From assembly GCA_902534735.1 (NCBI GenBank), contig CACARD010000003.1, positions 24,083-88,082 on the forward strand: a stretch of DNA of 64,000 nt, given 5' to 3'. The position numbers and the translations under genes are program-made. The stretch is from an uncultured Pelagibacteraceae bacterium. GTDB taxonomy: Bacteria; Pseudomonadota; Alphaproteobacteria; Pelagibacterales; Pelagibacteraceae. Below the pieces are notes generated by a model. It had not been told where the DNA came from. It was given only the letters and a program-made list of their open reading frames with translations, and did not search any database. Each line of letters starts with the position of its first letter. Within the stretch, counting starts at the first letter, position 1. Shown here in pieces: positions 58,258-64,000 of the stretch.

Positions 58258-59592
58258 ATGACTAAAGTCGCTATTATCGGTGCTGGACCTTGTGGGTTAT
58301 CAATACTCAGGGCTTTTGAACATGCCGAGAAAAAAGGAGACAAAATACCTGAAATAGTTTGCTTCGAAAAACAAAGTGATTGGGGAGGTCTTTGGAATTA
58401 TAGCTGGAGAACAGGATCTGACCAATATGGAGATCCAGTTCATAATAGTATGTATAGATATCTTTGGTCAAACGGACCTAAAGAGTGTCTTGAATTTGCA
58501 GATTATTCTTTTGATGAACATTTTGGTAAGCCAATTCCATCTTTCCCACCTAGAGAAGTACTTTATGATTATATCACGAGTAGAGTAAGTAAAGGAAATT
58601 TAAGAAATAAAATTAAATTTAATACAAGAGTAGTTAATACAATTTTTAAATCAGATAAATTTGAAGTTAGCTATCAAGATAAAGAAAATGATAAAATTTT
58701 AACTGATCATTTTGATTACGTTGTAGTGTCCACTGGTCATTTTTCAGTTCCTTTTATACCCGAATATAAAGGTATGAGTTCATTTCCTGGAAGAATAATG
58801 CACTCACATGATTTTAGAGATGCAGAAGAATTTAGAGGAAAAAATATTATAGTTTTAGGAAGCAGTTATTCCGCTGAGGATATTGCGCTTCAATGCAATA
58901 AATATGGAGCAAAAAGTGTAACAATTGGCTACAGGCATAATCCTATGGGTTTTAAATGGCCTGAAGGAATGAAGGAAGTATTCTATTTAGATAGATTAGA
59001 GGGAAAAAAAGCAATTTTTAAAGATGGCACCGAACAGGATGCAGATGTAATAATACTATGTACTGGTTACCTACATCATTTTCCTTTCTTGGAAGAAAAT
59101 TTAAAACTTAAAACAAGAAATAGACTCTATCCCCCAAAATTATACAAAGGTATTGTTTGGCAAGATAATCACAAACTTTTGTATCTAGGAATGCAAGATC
59201 AGTTTCACACATTCAATATGTTTGATTGCCAAGCTTGGTACGCAAGGGATGTAATAATGGGGAAAATAAACATGCCAAGTGGCGAGGAAATTGATAAAGA
59301 TATAAACAAATGGGTTGCTTTAGAAGAAAAACTAGAAAATCCTGATCAGATGATTGATTTTCAGACTGAATATACAAAAGAATTACATGAGAAGTCAGAT
59401 TATCCAAAAATAGATTTTGAATTAATCAGAAAACATTTTAAAGAATGGGAGCATCATAAAGTTGAAGATATATCAACTTATAGAAATAAATCTTTTTCAT
59501 CTCCAGTTACAGGATCAGTGGCCCCTATTCATCATACACCTTGGGCAAAAGCAATGGATGACTCATCTGAAACTTTCATGAATAATAAATGA
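58258..59592 (+). CDS. tmm: Trimethylamine monooxygenase (bacterial flavin-containing monooxygenase)
   Basis: GAGPCG, WGGLWNY.WRTG, SMYRYLWSNGPKECLEFADY, FPGRIMHSHDFR (FMO motif), GSSYSAEDI. Confidence 0.92.
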   Translation: MTKVAIIGAGPCGLSILRAFEHAEKKGDKIPEIVCFEKQSDWGGLWNYSWRTGSDQYGDPVHNSMYRYLWSNGPKECLEFADYSFDEHFGKPIPSFPPREVLYDYITSRVSKGNLRNKIKFNTRVVNTIFKSDKFEVSYQDKENDKILTDHFDYVVVSTGHFSVPFIPEYKGMSSFPGRIMHSHDFRDAEEFRGKNIIVLGSSYSAEDIALQCNKYGAKSVTIGYRHNPMGFKWPEGMKEVFYLDRLEGKKAIFKDGTEQDADVIILCTGYLHHFPFLEENLKLKTRNRLYPPKLYKGIVWQDNHKLLYLGMQDQFHTFNMFDCQAWYARDVIMGKINMPSGEEIDKDINKWVALEEKLENPDQMIDFQTEYTKELHEKSDYPKIDFELIRKHFKEWEHHKVEDISTYRNKSFSSPVTGSVAPIHHTPWAKAMDDSSETFMNNK

Positions 59593-59600
59593 GATTAATT

Positions 59601-61331
59601 TTAATTAATACTCAACCAAAAAGTTTGAAAAGGATTAAAAACTAATTCTTTATCAAAAGTAATCTTAAATTTTTGACCTAACAAATTTTTTGATTTTAAG
59701 TATTTTGAGTTAATTTTTAAAACTTGAGTTTTTGATGTTAAATTTGTGATTGCTAATATTTTTTGTGATTTGTCTAAACTTATTCTTTCCAGTGCATAAA
59801 ATTTTGACCCAAAATTTAGATTTTTTCTTTGTGCATTTGGATGAAATGCTTTTTGCTTTCTCCTAATTTTTATTAAATTTGTCATTTCATTATAAAATAC
59901 TGATTGTTTGGAATTATTTATTTTTAAATTTTTTGTTAGTCTTTCATTGTTCCATTTATATCTATTTAAATCTCTTTTATTATCTGTAATTATAAATTTA
60001 CTAATGTCATTTGAAGTTCCAAAAAGGGAATTGAAATAAAAACCTGGAACTCCTTCAAATGAAAGAATTATACTATGTGCAGCTAAATAGCGTTCTAACG
60101 AATAATTTCCACTTTCATCAAAATCACTTGCTTTAAAAGCGTTAAATAAGGTAATGTTTGCTTCATACACTTGCTTTTTTGAACCATTTATTTTTCTATA
60201 TGAAAATTCACCTCCATTTTTTTTTAGTCGATTAAATAATTTATTTAAAGTTGGTTTGGATAATAATCCTTCAACTGGTCTCATTCCGACACCGTCATGA
60301 GAGGCTAAAAAATTTAGATAGCTAGTTCCTTTTTTTAAACATGGAAATTTTTTACTCCATTTAGTAAGTTCAGAGCCATTCTCAAATAGCAAACTTTTAA
60401 TTATTAAAGGAGGTAGTGAAAAATTATAAATCCAATTCGCTTGATCATTTTTTCCGAAGTAACTAAGATTTTGTTTTTCAGGTAAATTAGTTTCAGTTAT
60501 TAAAATTTTTTTTTGTTTAAGATTAGAACAAATTATTCTTAATAGTTTAATTATTTTGTGTGTATTTGAATGGTTAATACATTTTGTGCCACTTTCTTTC
60601 CACAAATATGCTATTGCATCTAATCTAAAAATATTCACTCCACGATTTATTAAAAAGAACATTATTTTAATAAATCTAATTAATACTTTTGGATTTTTGA
60701 AATTTAAATCTATTTGGTCGGGGCTAAAAGTTCTCCACAGATAAGTGGTCTTATTATGAATTTTTATTTTTTTTAATAATTTATGTTCACGTGGTCTCAC
60801 AACGTTTTTAGAATTAAATTTTTTATCTACCGTAAAAAAATAATCATTCCCTGGTGACTTATTTAATAGAAAATTTTTAAACCAGATACCACGTGAAGAA
60901 GAGTGATTTATTACGATATCTGCCATAATTGAATTATATTTTGACAAATCTTTAATATCTTCCCAGTTACCTAATTTACCGTCTACTTCATAATGGTCTT
61001 TAACTGAGAAACCACTGTCACTACTTGAGGGATAAAATGGTAAAAAATGAATTGTATTAAAGTAATTTCTTAAAAATCTTGCATAAAAACTTTTAAAAAT
61101 TTTAAGTTTTTTTTTATTTTTTCCAGCAGTAATGTTGTCTGCATAAGTTATTAGAACTGATAACTTCTCGTCTATTATTAAATTTTTGGATAACTTTGTT
61201 CGTCTATTAAAATCTTTTATTAAATTAGATATTTCAGATGAATAAAATTTTAAATCATTTTTATCCTCATAACTTTTGTACAAACCATGAAAAATTTTAT
61301 TTATTTTTGATATGTAAATAGATTGATCCAT
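59601..61331 (-). CDS. GH13 sucrose-phosphorylase-family enzyme, glucosylglycerate phosphorylase-like
   Basis: LITYAD, HFLPFYP.SSDSGF, TFSPDQ.DLN, RLDAIAYL, ITETN, ASHDGVG, YEANIT motifs. Confidence 0.82.
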   Translation of the reverse strand: MDQSIYISKINKIFHGLYKSYEDKNDLKFYSSEISNLIKDFNRRTKLSKNLIIDEKLSVLITYADNITAGKNKKKLKIFKSFYARFLRNYFNTIHFLPFYPSSSDSGFSVKDHYEVDGKLGNWEDIKDLSKYNSIMADIVINHSSSRGIWFKNFLLNKSPGNDYFFTVDKKFNSKNVVRPREHKLLKKIKIHNKTTYLWRTFSPDQIDLNFKNPKVLIRFIKIMFFLINRGVNIFRLDAIAYLWKESGTKCINHSNTHKIIKLLRIICSNLKQKKILITETNLPEKQNLSYFGKNDQANWIYNFSLPPLIIKSLLFENGSELTKWSKKFPCLKKGTSYLNFLASHDGVGMRPVEGLLSKPTLNKLFNRLKKNGGEFSYRKINGSKKQVYEANITLFNAFKASDFDESGNYSLERYLAAHSIILSFEGVPGFYFNSLFGTSNDISKFIITDNKRDLNRYKWNNERLTKNLKINNSKQSVFYNEMTNLIKIRRKQKAFHPNAQRKNLNFGSKFYALERISLDKSQKILAITNLTSKTQVLKINSKYLKSKNLLGQKFKITFDKELVFNPFQTFWLSIN

Positions 61332-61419
61332 TAAATATTTATCAGAAATTAATTATAGCAATCTTATATAATTTTCCAAAATCCATAAATTAAATTTTCC
61401 TTGTAGGTTCCATTTTTCA

Positions 61420-62613
61420 TTAACCTTTAACACTTCCTGCGGTAAGGCCACTTACTAAGTATTTTTCAAAATAAACAAAAATTATTAAAATAGGCAAAGT
61501 TACTACTACAGACCCTGCCATCAAATATTGTCTAGGTGTTTCAGCTCCAACATTCAGAAACTGAATAGCTCTTGATAATGTAAATGTATTTGGCCGGTCT
61601 AAAAACATTAATGAAAATAAAAATTCATTCCAAGCTATCATAAATACATACAAAGCTACTGATGATATTGCAGGTAAACTAAGTGGGAGTATAATTTTAA
61701 AAATTATACCAAGCCAATTTTGACCATCTATTATCCCTGCTTCTTCTAATTCTTTTGGTATACTTTTAAAGTAACCTTGCAGCATATAAATTGCTACAGG
61801 TAAGGTTGTAGCCGTATAAACTATTAACAAACCCTCAATAGAATTTCTTAAACCAAGTTGACTAAAAATTGTATACAAAGGTATCACTAAAACTATCGCT
61901 GGAAACAAATAAATTATCAATATGGATGTTGATAAAAAATTTTTTCCAAAGAAATTAAGTCTTGCAACCGCGTAAGCAGCTGGTATTGCAAATATTAATG
62001 TTATAATGACTGTGCCTAAGGAGACTATTGTGCTCGTTAGCATATATCTTCCAAAATTATAATCTTTGAACACTATAAAATAAGATTTGAACAACTCTGG
62101 CAATCCTTGTGCAAAGTTAATACTAAAGTCTAATGGGTTCAATAATAACAATGCTTGGGTTTTAAAGCTTGTAACTAACATCATGTAAAAAGGGAAAAGA
62201 ATTACAAAAGAGAACAGTGTAATTCCGAACAATGTTAAATAATTAAAGAATAATTTTTGAGACGAATGATTTTTTGACAAAAAGTTTTTGTCGTAGTTTT
62301 TTATATTATTGAAAAAAAATAATGCAATTAAGAATATGCCAAGACTATACCAAATAGGTAAATTTATTGAGATGAAATAATCAAAGATAGAAAGTAATAG
62401 GGCAAGTATAATAACTTTAATATTTAAATTTAATTTTTTCCCAATAAGAAGATTTATTGCACAAAGAATTATTCCAAATATAAATAATTTATTAAAATTA
62501 AAATTTGATAATTCAATTCCTTGTAATGTAACTAAGATTTTCCAAATACAAATTAATGAAAACAAAAATAATGATGAGATAAAGCAATAGGTTAATACAT
62601 TTTTAATTTTCAT
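61420..62613 (-). CDS. Carbohydrate ABC transporter permease (MalG-type) with extra N-terminal TM segments
   Basis: EAA loop ELEEAGIIDG; AWNEFLFS motif. Confidence 0.88.
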   Translation of the reverse strand: MKIKNVLTYCFISSLFLFSLICIWKILVTLQGIELSNFNFNKLFIFGIILCAINLLIGKKLNLNIKVIILALLLSIFDYFISINLPIWYSLGIFLIALFFFNNIKNYDKNFLSKNHSSQKLFFNYLTLFGITLFSFVILFPFYMMLVTSFKTQALLLLNPLDFSINFAQGLPELFKSYFIVFKDYNFGRYMLTSTIVSLGTVIITLIFAIPAAYAVARLNFFGKNFLSTSILIIYLFPAIVLVIPLYTIFSQLGLRNSIEGLLIVYTATTLPVAIYMLQGYFKSIPKELEEAGIIDGQNWLGIIFKIILPLSLPAISSVALYVFMIAWNEFLFSLMFLDRPNTFTLSRAIQFLNVGAETPRQYLMAGSVVVTLPILIIFVYFEKYLVSGLTAGSVKG

Positions 62614-63862
62614 CCGCTCTTTTTCCTAAAAGTTTAAAATAGATAAACATAAAAATTAACAAAAACACCACAATCACAATAGAAACTGCAGAACCCATAC
62701 CAATATCCCCGATTGAAAAACCTTGTTGATATACATTTATTGGCAATGTTCTTGTACCTGATGCTCCTCCAGTAAGTAAGAAAATGTCTTCAAATTTATT
62801 AAAATTCCAAATAAATCTAATCATAAATAAAATTGAAATCACTGCTAAAATCTGTGGTAAAGTTATGTTAAGAAATTTTTGAATAGGATTTGCGCCATCA
62901 ACATCAGCTGCTTCATAAAGTTCTTTTGGAACTGCCTGAAGACGAGCAAGAATAAATAAAAATGCTAGAGGAAAATATCTCCAAATTTCAAAAATAATTA
63001 CTGTTGTTAACGCCAGCCTCAATTTAAAGTCAAAACCAAGTATATTTAAAGTTACATATTTTTGTCCTAGTAAATTTATTGGTCCATCAATAATTTGATA
63101 ATTAATTAATAAATTATTTAAAGTTCCACTTGTTGGATCAAGTAAAAGTTCCCAGGTATAAGCAAGAGCAACTACTGGTGCAACATAAGGAAACAACAAA
63201 ACACTTCTTATAAATGTTCTTCCAAAAAATTTTTGATTTACCATTTGTGCAGCCAAAATTCCAAAAACTATTGCGCCTATGGTTCCAAAAAAAGTGTAAT
63301 AAAAAGTTGTTGATAATAGATCTATAAACGCTTTGTCTTTAATTACTTTTTTGAAATTATTTAATGTAAATTCATAAGTTAATAATATATTTTGTGACTT
63401 ACCTGATAGTTTGGGTTTATAAGATTTTATTTCCTTCTTTGAAATTTCTTGATTATTAGTATTTTGAAATACTATTTCTAAATTTTCTCGATATTTTTTT
63501 GGCCAATTACCTAACTCACACTTAAGTAAATTTGATTTAAATTGACATTTATTATTTAAACTTATTGGTTCAATATTATCAGGATATTTATCTTTAAATT
63601 TCACATTAGTAATTTCTTGTGTAAGAGAACTATTTCTTAATTTATAAATTACTTTTATTTGATTTGGGTTATCATTAATTGATTTTACTAATTTTTTTGC
63701 TCTTGGTTCTGGAATTCTTAAATCTTTAAGCTCTACATTTTTAAAGCTAATCCAAATGTTTGAGAATATTGGAAATAATATTATAGAAAATACTAAAAGA
63801 ACCGATGGTAAAATTAATAGATAAGCAGTTCTTTTTTCAATTTTTGCAAGTTTAGTACTCAT
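62603..63862 (-). CDS. Carbohydrate ABC transporter permease (MalF-type) with a large periplasmic insert
   Basis: EAA loop ELYEAADVDGA; WRYFP, FNKFED motifs. Confidence 0.88.
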   Translation of the reverse strand: MSTKLAKIEKRTAYLLILPSVLLVFSIILFPIFSNIWISFKNVELKDLRIPEPRAKKLVKSINDNPNQIKVIYKLRNSSLTQEITNVKFKDKYPDNIEPISLNNKCQFKSNLLKCELGNWPKKYRENLEIVFQNTNNQEISKKEIKSYKPKLSGKSQNILLTYEFTLNNFKKVIKDKAFIDLLSTTFYYTFFGTIGAIVFGILAAQMVNQKFFGRTFIRSVLLFPYVAPVVALAYTWELLLDPTSGTLNNLLINYQIIDGPINLLGQKYVTLNILGFDFKLRLALTTVIIFEIWRYFPLAFLFILARLQAVPKELYEAADVDGANPIQKFLNITLPQILAVISILFMIRFIWNFNKFEDIFLLTGGASGTRTLPINVYQQGFSIGDIGMGSAVSIVIVVFLLIFMFIYFKLLGKRADEN

Positions 63863-63899
63863 AAAAAAAAGCGGATAATTAATATTACCCGCTTTTTTT
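63863..63899 (-). terminator. Intrinsic terminator between the upstream gene and the first permease
   Basis: Minus strand GCGGGTAAT-ATTA-ATTATCCGC followed by T8; the T tract abuts the permease ATG. Confidence 0.75.
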
Positions 63900-63913
63900 A
63901 ATTTTTTAAATTA

Positions 63914-64000
63914 CTAGAAACTAGCTAGCACAGTATTAATTTCATCTACTGCTTCATCTAGCGTTAATTGATCGTCAATGTATTGTCTAGTGATTCTATT
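63914..64000 (-). CDS. 3' end of a probable carbohydrate ABC substrate-binding protein (partial)
   Basis: Hand translation ...NRITRQYIDDQLTLDEAVDEINTVLASF, double stop; typical C-terminal helix and operon position. Confidence 0.65.
   Translation of the reverse strand, partial: NRITRQYIDDQLTLDEAVDEINTVLASF

Noticed and set aside
61364-61420. 18-codon ORF MKNGTYKENLIYGFWKII coupled (TAATG) to the permease stop
   Set aside because: Too short to support; it may be the stub of a deleted gene, but no homology is recognisable.
1-64000. CRISPR array, IS element, integrase or prophage genes
   Set aside because: No regularly spaced repeat-spacer units and no transposase, recombinase or virion protein motifs were seen.

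Overview
AT-rich, gene-dense alphaproteobacterial chromosome segment. Gene content and the very short intergenic spacers point to SAR11 (Pelagibacteraceae); this is inferred from the sequence only. The main blocks, in order, are: (1) SAM by-product salvage (speD, aldolase-SDR fusion, mtnA, mtnP, apt). (2) A tRNA-Met with a 1.58-kb single-gene islet bounded by a 105-bp direct repeat made of the tRNA 5' part plus its promoter, with 11-bp-periodic TGATC boxes at both ends. (3) A haloacetate dehalogenase/TauD/transporter operon. (4) An Fe(III) ABC transporter with three Fur-like boxes, an uncalled CxxCxxxC mini-protein and an internal terminator. (5) A large methylated-amine/C1/sulfur region: sarcosine and dimethylglycine dehydrogenases, ETF, SELENBP1-type methanethiol oxidase, Rieske oxygenase, egtBD, metF, GcvT-like protein, soxBDAG, fhs and tmm. 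(6) A glucosylglycerate-phosphorylase-like enzyme behind a sugar ABC transporter. Four small ORFs below the ORF-track cutoff were read by hand. No CRISPR array, rRNA, integrase or transposase was seen.
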